DNA from: an uncultured Planctomycetia bacterium
GTDB lineage: Bacteria; Omnitrophota; Gorgyraeia; Gorgyraeales; Gorgyraeaceae
DNA: 64,000 nucleotides
Reading direction: 5' to 3'
Assembly: GCA_964566255.1 (NCBI GenBank)
Contig: CAZMID010000002.1
Location: forward strand, 30,923-94,922
Notes under the pieces: model-generated
What the model was told of the DNA's origin: nothing
The model's input: only the letters and a program-made list of their open reading frames with translations
Database searches by the model: none
Translations under genes and position numbers: made by a program
Shown here: piece after piece, positions 19,453 through 29,679 of the stretch
How the letters are laid out: every line of letters starts with the position of its first letter
Position numbering within the stretch: position 1 is the first letter of the stretch

Positions 19453-20993
19453 TAATAGCATGTATTGTTTTTTTTACGCCACTAGTTCTACAGGCAAATC
19501 CCTCAGTGGATGTTCCTGCAAGGCACTGGAGTTACGATGCAATAGAGAAATTAGCTATATTGGGCCTTGCTGATATCGCGGATATAGGTGTGCGACCAGC
19601 CTCCCGTATAAAGATGGCGTATATAGTAAAAAGCGCCATTGAAAAAACACATGATTATAAAGTGGATTTTGAGTGGCATGAACAGGAGTACTTAGAGGAA
19701 ATTCTATATAATCTTATAGAAGAATTTAGGGAAGAGCTTGTTACGATAGGAGTTGATGTTGTTGCACTGAGGAATGGTAAGCCTAAAAGATACTTTTTCA
19801 GTGTTCCAGAATTGAATGTTGAAAAGACCTACGCCAAACTTGATAAAGACAGAGTGCTCTTTGAAAATAAAGATGGATGGAATTTAAGAGATGGCTTTAA
19901 TGTCCGTGTTAAACTAACGAATTGGGCAAAGATAGATGATGCTTTTGCTATATCGCTTACCCCGGGTATTAGATATTCATCAGAAGACATGGACATAGAT
20001 TTTGAAAATGCCCATATAAGATTTGCTCACCCAGGCTATAATATGGAACTCGCAGTAGGGCGGAGCGCAATGTGGTGGGGGCCAGGATTTAATGGGAGCT
20101 TACTTTTGACTGACAATGCCTTTCCGCTTGATACGGTGAGATTTAATAATATCTATCCTTTTAGATTGCCATGGACCCTCAGAAAACTTGGTAGGTTTAA
20201 TGCTCAAATTTTTATATCAAGGCTTGAAGAGAAGCGTAGTATTCCTCATGCATGGCTATGTGGCTGGAGAGTAGATTATGTGCCACAGGACTTTTTGAAG
20301 ATTGGTTTTAGTCATATGCTGATGTTTGGGGGTAAAGGTGTTAAAAGACTAGGTTTTTCTAATTTCTGGAGCTCAGCCTCTTTAGTATTTAGTGCGGCTG
20401 GAGGAGGGACTGAGACCGAAAATCATATAATATCAGGAGATGCACAGTTATTTATAAGACGCATAGATAGATACTTACCGATAGCTACAGGTGCAAAGCT
20501 TTATACAGAATGGGGTGCAGAGGATGAAGCTGGCAATGTTCCAAAGGACATAGCTTTTATAACAGGAATATATTTTACAGATGTATTTAAGGTTACAGGT
20601 TTTGATAGTAAAATAGAATTTGCAAAATTTGACGAGAACTGGTATACGCATTTTAGATATGGCTCAGGTTATACACGAAGAGGTAATCTAATAGGACACA
20701 GCGTTGGTGGGGATTCAGAGAGTATTGCAACAACATTGATATTCAGTTTTCCTAATAAGTATGAAACGGACATAGCTTTCGAACACCGTCGTCAAGGTCT
20801 TCACGAAGCCAATATTGAGACCATAAGCGAGTTTAAGATGGGATTTAGCGTAAAAGATCCCCTAAATATATACAATATAGAGAACATTGATATAGATGTA
20901 TTTTATGAGTTTGAAGATATTAAGAATTATAATAATACTACAGAGAAGGCAGAAAATCACATTTTCGGTATAGAGGCAACAAGAAAATTCTAA
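19431..20993 (+). CDS. Outer-membrane β-barrel protein, possibly Wzi-like capsule-assembly protein
   Basis: Signal-peptide-like N-terminus. An N-terminal helical segment is followed by alternating amphipathic β-strand pattern. C-terminal …ATRKF ends in Phe, an OMP signature. It sits between the nucleotide-sugar genes and the wza-like gene. Confidence 0.4.
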   Translation: MVRRIGIIIACIVFFTPLVLQANPSVDVPARHWSYDAIEKLAILGLADIADIGVRPASRIKMAYIVKSAIEKTHDYKVDFEWHEQEYLEEILYNLIEEFREELVTIGVDVVALRNGKPKRYFFSVPELNVEKTYAKLDKDRVLFENKDGWNLRDGFNVRVKLTNWAKIDDAFAISLTPGIRYSSEDMDIDFENAHIRFAHPGYNMELAVGRSAMWWGPGFNGSLLLTDNAFPLDTVRFNNIYPFRLPWTLRKLGRFNAQIFISRLEEKRSIPHAWLCGWRVDYVPQDFLKIGFSHMLMFGGKGVKRLGFSNFWSSASLVFSAAGGGTETENHIISGDAQLFIRRIDRYLPIATGAKLYTEWGAEDEAGNVPKDIAFITGIYFTDVFKVTGFDSKIEFAKFDENWYTHFRYGSGYTRRGNLIGHSVGGDSESIATTLIFSFPNKYETDIAFEHRRQGLHEANIETISEFKMGFSVKDPLNIYNIENIDIDVFYEFEDIKNYNNTTEKAENHIFGIEATRKF

Positions 20994-21003
20994 GGAGGAA
21001 GTC

Positions 21004-23904
21004 ATGTTAAAGAAAAACTTTAATATTCATTTGTTTTTATCAATTGTATTTCTGTTGACCACAGTTTTTCCACCATCTTTATTTTCTTACCAAGAAAGTC
21101 CTTATGGTACTGGTTATAGTTCAGATAGTGGCTGGGTAGATGAATCACTTGATTACAGGCCAGTGACTTACAAAAAGGTACGTTGTTCACGCTGCGGCAT
21201 GGAATTTTATTATGTTCCAGGGAAGGAATGTCCTCATTCTCATTGGATACATTATGAGATTCCCAGAGAGGATTTATCAGAAGATTCTACTTCGGATTTT
21301 GAGAAAGAGACCCAATATAACACGGAATTAGACAAAGATAAAAAGAAGGGGGCGTTGTCTAATTTACTCAGACAGAAAAAAGAGGGCGATGATAAAATCA
21401 CCAGAAAGATTAAGAGGCGTTTGCACAAGAGAGAAGGTGAAAACAGAGATTTTTCCATTTTTGAATCAGAGGACTCTAAGTCTAAGCAGGAGCGTCGTTA
21501 TGAACTTCGCCAGAAACTGACCTGTCCATACGATGGGCATGAGTTTTTTCCTGAAGGTGACTTAGTAGAAGATGTAAAATTGCTACAAAAGGATCCTCCT
21601 ATTGAACAACCATCTGCTATAGAATCAAGTTTTACAAGGTCTATTCCTTTTGGAGTTTCAAAAGAATTAAAACAGTTTGGATATGATTTATTTAAAATCT
21701 TTGGAGACAGCTCTAGGAAAGAGAAAGAGCAATCTATAGCTACAGGAGAAGCCGGGGGTGCCTTAACTACATTAGGTATATTAAAAGATGCACTTTCCCC
21801 TGGTAGAGGTTCTGAAGGTGTTAAAATTGGTTCTAATATAGCAGTTGTGGCTGTTGAACCTGATTATATTATTGGTCCAGGAGATACAATGGTTGTTAAT
21901 ATATGGGGGAGTGTTCAGCAGAATTTTCCTATAGAGGTTGATGGGGAAGGTAAGATTATGCTTCCAAAAGCAGGACCCCTTTATGTCTGGGGTTTAAGAT
22001 TCAAAGATGCCGAAACTAAAATTAGAGAACAACTTGATAAATATTTCGCAAATTTAGAAATAGGTGTTTCAATGGGTAAGTTGCGCAACGTCAAGGTTTA
22101 TATATTAGGAGAGGTTAAAAAACCAGGTTTCTATAGTATGAAGTCGCGCTCAACCATTTTTCAAGCCTTATATGCAGCAGGTGGACCTACCAAGATGGGT
22201 TCTTTAAGAAAGATTAAGCTTATACAGGCAGACGGGAGAGAACAAACAATAGATGCATATTCTTTTCTTTTGGGGGGGAGTAGGAAGGAGTATTTTCAAA
22301 TTCAGTCAGGCGATACCATATTTGTCCCTCCAGTAGGTGATGTGGTCGCTATTGCTGGAAATGTAAAACGACCTGCGATATATGAAACAAAGAGCAAAAT
22401 ACCTTTGAGTGACTTATTGAGTTTTGCAGGAGGTATGATGCCTACAGCAGATTTTCAACATATTCAGATAGAACGCGTTAGAAATAATGAAAGACGAGTA
22501 ATGCTAGATATAGAATTAGAGCCTTCAGAACTAGGAGGGTTTTCATTAGATGGTATCGATTTGCAGAATGGTGACATGGTGATTGTTTCACCTATAGTAA
22601 GGTTGAAACATGATTTTGTATCTATACTTGGGAATGTTGAACGGCCAGGTGATTATGCTTTAACAAAAGATATGAAAGTAGATGATCTTATAAAGATGGC
22701 AAAGGGATTTTTGCCTGGAACCTATTTATCTAGGGCAGAGATAAGTAGAGTTACCAAGGATAGGACACGCCAAACTATCCCGGTAAATTTAGATAAGCTG
22801 AGAACTGGAGTAAAAGAAGAAAATATACTCTTGAATGAATGGGATATTTTGTTTATATATTCTCATGCAGAAGTTAATCCACCTTCATTTGTGGAGATAG
22901 ATGGGGCAGTTAACAAACCAGGTAAATATGAACTTACGCCTGCCATGAAAGTTTCAGATCTTATTTTCAAAGCAGGAGGCGTTAGGCCAGGAGATGTTAT
23001 AGAAGAGGCAGAGTTGTTTCATATTATGCCAGGAGAATCACCCGTTATTAGAAAGATTGCAGTAAAGAGACTGTTCGATGCTAAGGTTTCTGTTGATAAA
23101 GATATCATACTTCGTGCAGGAGATACACTCTTTGTAAAATCAGAACCAAAGCTTACTGAGAGAAGGACAGTTGTTATTGAAGGTGAAGTAAAATATCCAG
23201 GAAAGTATTCTATTAAAGAAGGAGAAACAATCAGTTCTCTTATTGAGCGTGCTGGAGGATTTACAGAAGAAGCATTTTTAGAAGGATCTGTATTCACCCG
23301 AGAATCCATAAAGAAAGCTCAGGAAAAGATGAGACAGCGTTTTATTGTAAGGGAAACTAGGGCCCTTCTTGAAGAGCAGCAGTCGGTTTTACTGAGGAGA
23401 GGATCTGATGTAGATATAGCCCAGGTAGCTGAATCTGTAAAGATGAGAAGCGAGATGTTAGATTTTATCAGATCAGCTGAAATAGAGGGTCGTATGGTAA
23501 TACGACTTACAGATATCGCAGAATTAAGAGGATCTAACTGTGACATTTTGCTAGAAGATAAGGATGCTATTATTGTACCGCAAATACCCTCATCTGTTGC
23601 AGTAATAGGAAGTGTAAATAATCCAACATCTGTTCCCTTTGAAAAGAATAAGAGTATTGAATATTATATTCATAAGACAGGTGGCCTGACAAAGCATGCA
23701 GACAAAAGCGGCATATATGTTATGCGGGCCAATGGTGAGGCAGTTAGCAAGTTTATGATGTCTAAAAAAGTTGAACGAGGCGATACAGTAATTATTCCGC
23801 AGGAATTTAGATATTGGACACCACCAGGACAGCTTTTGCGTGATACTGTAGAAATTCTATCTCGCATTATCGTTGGTATTGGTATAATTGCTGCTTTAGA
23901 CTAG
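21004..23904 (+). CDS. Polysaccharide export protein, Wza/KpsD family, with multiple SLBB repeats and a long N-terminal extension
   Basis: Signal peptide. Poly_export-like core (GPGDTMVVNIWGSVQQNFPIEVDGEGKIMLPKAGPLYVWGL…). Several downstream soluble-ligand-binding β-grasp repeats (…GDTIFVP…, …GDMVIVSP…, …GDTLFVKS…, …GDTVIIPQ…). It is 966 aa. Confidence 0.7.
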   Translation: MLKKNFNIHLFLSIVFLLTTVFPPSLFSYQESPYGTGYSSDSGWVDESLDYRPVTYKKVRCSRCGMEFYYVPGKECPHSHWIHYEIPREDLSEDSTSDFEKETQYNTELDKDKKKGALSNLLRQKKEGDDKITRKIKRRLHKREGENRDFSIFESEDSKSKQERRYELRQKLTCPYDGHEFFPEGDLVEDVKLLQKDPPIEQPSAIESSFTRSIPFGVSKELKQFGYDLFKIFGDSSRKEKEQSIATGEAGGALTTLGILKDALSPGRGSEGVKIGSNIAVVAVEPDYIIGPGDTMVVNIWGSVQQNFPIEVDGEGKIMLPKAGPLYVWGLRFKDAETKIREQLDKYFANLEIGVSMGKLRNVKVYILGEVKKPGFYSMKSRSTIFQALYAAGGPTKMGSLRKIKLIQADGREQTIDAYSFLLGGSRKEYFQIQSGDTIFVPPVGDVVAIAGNVKRPAIYETKSKIPLSDLLSFAGGMMPTADFQHIQIERVRNNERRVMLDIELEPSELGGFSLDGIDLQNGDMVIVSPIVRLKHDFVSILGNVERPGDYALTKDMKVDDLIKMAKGFLPGTYLSRAEISRVTKDRTRQTIPVNLDKLRTGVKEENILLNEWDILFIYSHAEVNPPSFVEIDGAVNKPGKYELTPAMKVSDLIFKAGGVRPGDVIEEAELFHIMPGESPVIRKIAVKRLFDAKVSVDKDIILRAGDTLFVKSEPKLTERRTVVIEGEVKYPGKYSIKEGETISSLIERAGGFTEEAFLEGSVFTRESIKKAQEKMRQRFIVRETRALLEEQQSVLLRRGSDVDIAQVAESVKMRSEMLDFIRSAEIEGRMVIRLTDIAELRGSNCDILLEDKDAIIVPQIPSSVAVIGSVNNPTSVPFEKNKSIEYYIHKTGGLTKHADKSGIYVMRANGEAVSKFMMSKKVERGDTVIIPQEFRYWTPPGQLLRDTVEILSRIIVGIGIIAALD

Positions 23905-23920
23905 AACAAAGGAGAATCCC

Positions 23921-24526
23921 ATGAGTTACGAATTTAGCATTCTGTATTGCATTAATCTTTACAAAAAATACTGGAAACCTCTAGTATTGATAGTTATTCT
24001 TTCTGTCTTTTTAGCAGCCTTTTCCTCATTACGAAAACCACCAACATATGCTTCGACAATTAGGCTCCTAATGAAGACAGGTAATGAACCTGTAGCTTCT
24101 CGGTTAGATAATCTGTTGGGTATTTCAACGGCAAACTCCCTTGATATTATTACTGCTATAGTTACAAGTAGGCGCATGGCACAGGATATTAACGAAAGAT
24201 TTAAACTTGGAGAAAACCCAAAGCTTTGGTGGAGGGTTCATACATATAGAGTAATGGCTGGGATGGGGATAGAGATAAGAGGTCCTGATCCTCGCTTTGC
24301 ACAGAAAGTTGCAGAGTTTACCATAGAGAATATTGACAAAATAAATTCTGAATTAAAAATTACAACCGATGATCCAATGGTGAAAATATTGGATCCAGCT
24401 ACCTATGGAGTTCGACAATCGAGAGGCACCCTAAGAAAAATGATTGTTGCTGGAATGTTTTCATTTTTAGCCTTTACCTTGTGCCTCTTTTTCTTGGATT
24501 ACTTTAAAAAAATGAAGATATCATAA
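23921..24526 (+). CDS. Short Wzz/PCP-like chain-length-determinant-type membrane protein
   Basis: N-terminal LYKKYWKPLVLIVILSVFLAAFSSLRKPPTYASTIRLLMK matches the Wzz N-terminal motif. A second TM helix lies at the C-terminus. There is no kinase domain. Confidence 0.4.
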   Translation: MSYEFSILYCINLYKKYWKPLVLIVILSVFLAAFSSLRKPPTYASTIRLLMKTGNEPVASRLDNLLGISTANSLDIITAIVTSRRMAQDINERFKLGENPKLWWRVHTYRVMAGMGIEIRGPDPRFAQKVAEFTIENIDKINSELKITTDDPMVKILDPATYGVRQSRGTLRKMIVAGMFSFLAFTLCLFFLDYFKKMKIS

Positions 24527-24532
24527 AAAGAT

Positions 24533-25261
24533 ATGAAGGTAACCTTACTTGTACCAACTTTAAACGAGATAGAAGGCATGAAGAAGATAATGCCTAGAAT
24601 AAAGAATGACTGGGTCGATCAGATTATTATTGTTGATGGAAATTCTACTGATGGTACATTTGAATATGCCAAGGGAAATGGATATTTTGTTTTTAGGCAA
24701 AAGGAAAAGGGAATACGACATGCGTATATTGAAGCCTTGAAATATATAGAAGGAGATGTAGTAATTACCTTTAGCCCAGATGGAAACTCGATCCCTGAAC
24801 TTATCCTGCCGCTGGTGGAAAAGATGAAAGAGGGCTATGATATGGTGATAGCTTCTCGCTATGCCAAAGGCGCAAAGAGTTATGATGATGACAGGGTTAC
24901 TGCTTTTGGAAATTTCATGTTTACTTCACTTATAAATCTCTTTTACAGGGCAAACTATACAGATGCAATGGTAATGTTTCGTGCATGGAAAAAAGATATT
25001 TTTTATGCACTAGATTTAGATAAGGAACGTAGTTACTCTTTAGAAGAAAAAATTTTTCGTACTAAAATAGGTATTGAGCCACTGCTGTCTATCAGGGCTG
25101 CCAAAAGAGGATTAAAATGCGCAGACATCCCAGGGGATGAACCATCTCGAATAGGCGGAGAGAGAAAATTACAGGTTTTTAAATGGGGTAGTGCCTATCT
25201 TTTTGAAGTTTTTAGGGAGTTATTTTTTGGTCTTAAAAGAAACAAAGGAGTCAAGCGATGA
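24533..25261 (+). CDS. GT2 glycosyltransferase, Dpm1/ArnC-like polyprenyl-phosphate sugar synthase (paralog 1 of 3)
   Basis: TLNEIEGM…IIIVDGNSTDGT…SPDGNS…ASRY is a GT-A fold with a DxD-like DGN. It is about 55% identical by eye to the ORFs at 37899 and 58396. Confidence 0.75.
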   Translation: MKVTLLVPTLNEIEGMKKIMPRIKNDWVDQIIIVDGNSTDGTFEYAKGNGYFVFRQKEKGIRHAYIEALKYIEGDVVITFSPDGNSIPELILPLVEKMKEGYDMVIASRYAKGAKSYDDDRVTAFGNFMFTSLINLFYRANYTDAMVMFRAWKKDIFYALDLDKERSYSLEEKIFRTKIGIEPLLSIRAAKRGLKCADIPGDEPSRIGGERKLQVFKWGSAYLFEVFRELFFGLKRNKGVKR

Positions 25262-26190
25262 AAATATTAGTTACAGGGGCAGCGGGTTATATAGGATCAG
25301 TTTTAACACCAAAACTATTGCAAAAAGGTCATAAGGTTATTGCTGTAGATAATTTTATGTATGGCCAAACCTCTTTATTAGATTCTTGTCATTATGATAA
25401 TCTGACTATTGTCCGCGGAGATGCTCGCGATAAAAAGTTAGTCACGAAACATCTCAGAGAGGTCGATGCTATCTTTCCTTTAGCTTGCCTTACAGGTGCA
25501 CCACTTTGTTCTAAGGATCCCTTTAATGCTAAGGCTGTCAATTTTGATGCGGTTAAGATGATTTTAGATTTACGCAGCAGAGGTCAAATAATAATCTTCC
25601 CTACTACAAACAGTGGTTATGGTATCGGGCAGAAGGGAGTCCATTGTACAGAGAGAACACCCTTAAATCCCGTTTCTTTTTATGGAAAACTAAAGGTAGA
25701 CCTAGAAAAAATGATTCTGGATTCCAAGAGTTGCATCACCTTAAGACTTGCTACTGCTTTTGGCATTAGCCCACGCATGAGGCTTGATCTCCTTGTCAAT
25801 GATTTTATTTATCGAGCTGTTATGGACCGGTATCTCGTTCTTTTTCAGGCACATTTTAAGAGGAATTACATACATGTGCAGGATGTTGCAAGGGCGTTTA
25901 TACATTCTTTAGAAAATTTTGATAGTATGAAAAACGAACCATACAATGTAGGTTTGAGTGATGCCAATTTAAGTAAATGGGAGCTATGTGAAGAGATAAA
26001 AAAACACCTTCCAGAATTTTATTTCACTGAATCTCAAATAGGAGAAGATCCTGATAAAAGGGATTATGTCGTAAGCAATGAGAAGATTGAAAAGACACGC
26101 TTTAAACCTGATGTGTCTCTTCAAATAGGTATTAGAGAGTTAATAAAGGGATATCAAATTATAAGAAGGAATCAGTTTTCCAATATTTAG
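25258..26190 (+). CDS. NAD-dependent epimerase/dehydratase family protein
   Basis: N-terminal ILVTGAAGYIGSVL Rossmann motif and an extended SDR fold. Confidence 0.7.
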   Translation: MKILVTGAAGYIGSVLTPKLLQKGHKVIAVDNFMYGQTSLLDSCHYDNLTIVRGDARDKKLVTKHLREVDAIFPLACLTGAPLCSKDPFNAKAVNFDAVKMILDLRSRGQIIIFPTTNSGYGIGQKGVHCTERTPLNPVSFYGKLKVDLEKMILDSKSCITLRLATAFGISPRMRLDLLVNDFIYRAVMDRYLVLFQAHFKRNYIHVQDVARAFIHSLENFDSMKNEPYNVGLSDANLSKWELCEEIKKHLPEFYFTESQIGEDPDKRDYVVSNEKIEKTRFKPDVSLQIGIRELIKGYQIIRRNQFSNI

Positions 26191-26195
26191 GTTTT

Positions 26196-27953
26196 ATGGC
26201 AGGAGTAAAAGAATTTTATAAAAGGGATAAAAGCCTCTTAATCATTTTTATGATTATGGTAGCTTATTATATACAGCATCTAGTAAGCTTTCGCTTAGGT
26301 ATAAATTTTGAAGAGTGCCGTGATCCAAATGCCTACCTTTTGGCTATGGAAGGCCATTTACCGTATCGAGATTTCGCCTGGTTTTATGGACCTTTTTCTT
26401 TCTTTGTCTATCCATTTATTATGAAGATCTTTGGTGTAAATTTGCTTGTTTTGAGACTTAGCTATATAATACTCGCTTCTTTTACTATACCCCTTGCTTA
26501 TTTTTTGGCTAGAAGGATACTACCTTATTTTTGGGCAGGAGTGGCTAGTTTTTTATCGATCGTCTTTTTTGATACACCTTATTATGCATTTAATCATATT
26601 TTCACTGTACTAGGAGGATTGGCGTGTTTGTTGATGGTTTGTAGATTTATAGAAAGAAATGAACAGATTTCCAATCTTTTTTGGGCAGGCATTTTTGCTG
26701 GTGTAGTAGTATTGACAAAACCTTTATTGTCAGGGCTTGTCTTATTTATAGCTGTTTCTTTATATCTATTGCTTTTCAGAGAATTAGGAGAATTAAAGAA
26801 GAGATTTAAGAATTATATGATCTTTGCTATAAGCATGTTCTTTTTGATTTTGCTGTATCTTTTGTACCTCTATTTCCAGACTACGCTTAAAGGTTTAACC
26901 ATAGCTTATCCATTTTTAGGTAGGGATTCACTGGTAGCTATTGAGAATATGCATGGGAATACAAAATTTTGGCCTTTGTTTTTGATGTTGGTCGAAAGGC
27001 TCAAAGGCATAATTCCAATAGCCGAGATTGTGAGCATATCCTCATTTAACGAGCTCAAAGGGCTTATGGTTGATTTTTTTGATGACTTTATTTTTCTCTT
27101 GCCTTTTATGGCATCTGGCCTAATCTTTTTAGTTTACATTGTTTCTAAATCCAACAAGATTACCCCATGGCTTAAGGAGAAAGTTCTTCTGGATAAAAAG
27201 TTCTTATTAATGTTTATCATTTTCTCTATTTTTATTTCTCTGGAAGGTATAAAGGTAGGCCACAGGTATAACAGGGCATATACCATGCAGGTTCCTTTCA
27301 TTCTCACCGTCTACATACTCTATTTTATAAAAAGCATTTGTTCTCGCAGGCGTATACTTACGGCAATTTTCGTAACATTATTTTTGTTTTATCTTAGTTT
27401 TTTGCATTTTTTTCGTTATCCGTACTCAATGATTAGAAAATACACTGAGCCTTTGAATCTTGATCGCGCTAGAATATTTCTTACGCTTCCAGAGAAGGAA
27501 TTATATCAATCCCTGGTGAGTCATCTTTCGGCTAATTTCAAAAAAGAAGACAGGATGGCTGTTATAGGTTATTCAGGCTGTTATTCTCAATTTAGTTTCT
27601 TAACTAAACAAAGAAATGTTTTTGAAGATCATGAATTTATATTTGCAAAGCTTAAATCTTTACTAAATACTTCATATAAAAGAGAGGAAGTAAAACCACA
27701 ATTGGCTTCTTTCGAAGATAGGATAATATCTAGAATGGAGAGAGAAAAACCCAAGATCATTTTGATTATAGTCAAAGATTCCTTACAGGATCAAAGGTTG
27801 AAAGATTACAAATTTTTATCCTCAAGGATAAAATCTTATATAAAAAGGAACTATTTATTTGATAAGGTATTTGGGCCGGCAGATATTCATGGACTTGGAG
27901 GCAGGATAGGCTGGATTAACCTATACAAATTAAAAGGAGCGTCACGATCATGA
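26196..27953 (+). CDS. Polytopic membrane protein, GT-C-like (ArnT/PMT-type glycosyltransferase or polymerase candidate)
   Basis: At least 11 predicted hydrophobic helices. An acidic first loop (…EECRDPNAYLLAMEG…) resembles the GT-C DE loop. There is a C-terminal soluble region. Confidence 0.35.
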   Translation: MAGVKEFYKRDKSLLIIFMIMVAYYIQHLVSFRLGINFEECRDPNAYLLAMEGHLPYRDFAWFYGPFSFFVYPFIMKIFGVNLLVLRLSYIILASFTIPLAYFLARRILPYFWAGVASFLSIVFFDTPYYAFNHIFTVLGGLACLLMVCRFIERNEQISNLFWAGIFAGVVVLTKPLLSGLVLFIAVSLYLLLFRELGELKKRFKNYMIFAISMFFLILLYLLYLYFQTTLKGLTIAYPFLGRDSLVAIENMHGNTKFWPLFLMLVERLKGIIPIAEIVSISSFNELKGLMVDFFDDFIFLLPFMASGLIFLVYIVSKSNKITPWLKEKVLLDKKFLLMFIIFSIFISLEGIKVGHRYNRAYTMQVPFILTVYILYFIKSICSRRRILTAIFVTLFLFYLSFLHFFRYPYSMIRKYTEPLNLDRARIFLTLPEKELYQSLVSHLSANFKKEDRMAVIGYSGCYSQFSFLTKQRNVFEDHEFIFAKLKSLLNTSYKREEVKPQLASFEDRIISRMEREKPKIILIIVKDSLQDQRLKDYKFLSSRIKSYIKRNYLFDKVFGPADIHGLGGRIGWINLYKLKGASRS

Positions 27954-28954
27954 TTATAAACAGAACCCCATTTCGTATTTCTTTTTTTGGTGGAGGAACA
28001 GATTATCCGGTCTGGTATAGAGAAAATGGCGGGGCAGTATTGGCTACAACGATAAACAAATATTGTTACCTGAATTGTCGATATTTACCGCCTTTTTTTG
28101 AACATAGATCCCGGGTTACCTATTCCAAAATAGAACTTATTAAGGATAAAGATGAAATTGTACATCCTTCTGTCAGAGAGTGTCTGCGATTTATGGAGAT
28201 AGACAGAGGCATAGAGATTCATCACGATGGAGATCTTCCTGCAAGGACAGGTGTGGGTTCAAGTTCTGCTTTTACTGTTGGATTGCTCCATTCACTTTAT
28301 GCATTAAAGGGAAGCATGCCTACTAAAAGGCAGTTGGCACTTGACGCCATCCATATCGAGCAACAAAGAATAGAGGAAAATGTTGGATCTCAGGATCAGG
28401 TACAGGTTGCCTTCGGCGGTTTTAATTTGATAAAATTTGGAGGAAAAGATCATATTAACGTTATGCCAATGACAATAAGTCATCAGAGATTGGAGCTTTT
28501 TCAAGATCACCTGATGCTTTTCTTTACAGGATTTTCTCGGACAGCTTCAGAGATTGCTGCAGAACAGATCAAGGTAACGCCCTATAAGAAAAAAGAATTA
28601 GGTCAGATGCATGAGATGGTAGGTGTTGCCTTGGAGATTCTTAACAGTAATGCTGATTTATTGGATTTTGGGAAGCTTATGCATGAAAATTGGCAGATTA
28701 AACGTAGTCTTTCCAATAAGATATCTACTTCTATAATTGACGAGATGTATTCTGCTGCTATTGAGGCTGGTGCTTTAGGTGGAAAGTTATTAGGCGCTGG
28801 CGGTGGTGGTTTTATGCTGATTTTTGCTAAGCCAGAGATCCAACCAAAAATAAAGGAAAAATTGAAAAAACTTTTATATGTACCTTTTAGATTTGAAGAT
28901 TCAGGAAGTCAGATTATATTTTATAGCCCGGATAATTCTTTTATAAGGGTATGA
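27950..28954 (+). CDS. GHMP-family sugar kinase, HddA-like (D-glycero-D-manno-heptose 7-phosphate kinase)
   Basis: MIINRTPFRISFFGGGTDYPVWYRENGGAVLATTINKY matches the HddA N-terminus. The GHMP motif PARTGVGSSSAF and C-terminal GAGGGGF are present. Confidence 0.68.
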   Translation: MIINRTPFRISFFGGGTDYPVWYRENGGAVLATTINKYCYLNCRYLPPFFEHRSRVTYSKIELIKDKDEIVHPSVRECLRFMEIDRGIEIHHDGDLPARTGVGSSSAFTVGLLHSLYALKGSMPTKRQLALDAIHIEQQRIEENVGSQDQVQVAFGGFNLIKFGGKDHINVMPMTISHQRLELFQDHLMLFFTGFSRTASEIAAEQIKVTPYKKKELGQMHEMVGVALEILNSNADLLDFGKLMHENWQIKRSLSNKISTSIIDEMYSAAIEAGALGGKLLGAGGGGFMLIFAKPEIQPKIKEKLKKLLYVPFRFEDSGSQIIFYSPDNSFIRV

Positions 28955-29679
28955 AGAGTAACATTGAGGTAAAAGATGTGGATGTAGTTATACTTTGCGG
29001 AGGTAAAGGAGAACGCTTAAAGTCTGTTATTAATGATTGCCCAAAGCCTATGGCTGATATTAATGGCAGTCCTTTTTTGGATATTCTTATTGATTATGTG
29101 GCAAGTTTTGGATTTAGACGTTTTATATTATGTACAGGTTTTATGGGCGGGACGATCAAACGATATTATCAAAAGAGAAAGGATCCTTTAGAGGTATTGT
29201 TTTCAGAAGAGAAAGAGGCTTTAGGTACGGCTGGAGCAATAAAAAATGCAGAAACCATTATAAGAAGCAATCCTTTCCTGGTGCTTAACGGTGATTCATT
29301 TTGTCGGATTGATTTAAAGGAATTTATTGATTTTTATTTTGCTAAAAAAGCAATGTTTTCTGTAGTTCTGGTTAAAGGTGCAAAAGGATCTCGTAAACAG
29401 TGTGGTGTAGTTAAGATAGGAGCATTGCAGCAGGTTATTAGATTTGACGAGAAGGTGGAGATAGTTGGTAGTAGTTTTTTTAATGCCGGAATTTATCTTT
29501 TTGAAAGAAGTATTTTTTCCATGATCCCAAGCAATAAAAATTTCTCTTTTGAATATGATTTGTTTCCTAAAATTATTGATAGACCTTTTTATGGATTCGT
29601 CAGTGAAGAAGAGATGGTAGACATTGGGACTCCTCAAAGATATATGAAAGCAAAGAAATATTTTGAAGGAATAAGATGA
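28951..29679 (+). CDS. Sugar-phosphate nucleotidyltransferase, HddC-like (heptose 1-phosphate guanylyltransferase candidate)
   Basis: VVILCGGKGERLKSV…PKPMADINGSPFL is an NTP-transferase motif. It is translationally coupled to the HddA-like kinase. Confidence 0.62.
   Translation: MKSNIEVKDVDVVILCGGKGERLKSVINDCPKPMADINGSPFLDILIDYVASFGFRRFILCTGFMGGTIKRYYQKRKDPLEVLFSEEKEALGTAGAIKNAETIIRSNPFLVLNGDSFCRIDLKEFIDFYFAKKAMFSVVLVKGAKGSRKQCGVVKIGALQQVIRFDEKVEIVGSSFFNAGIYLFERSIFSMIPSNKNFSFEYDLFPKIIDRPFYGFVSEEEMVDIGTPQRYMKAKKYFEGIR

Noticed and set aside
23921-24526. Wzz-like ORF as a BY-kinase partner for the PHP phosphoesterase
   Set aside because: It has only two TM segments and a short loop. Walker A/B motifs and a Tyr-rich tail are absent, so it is not a tyrosine kinase.
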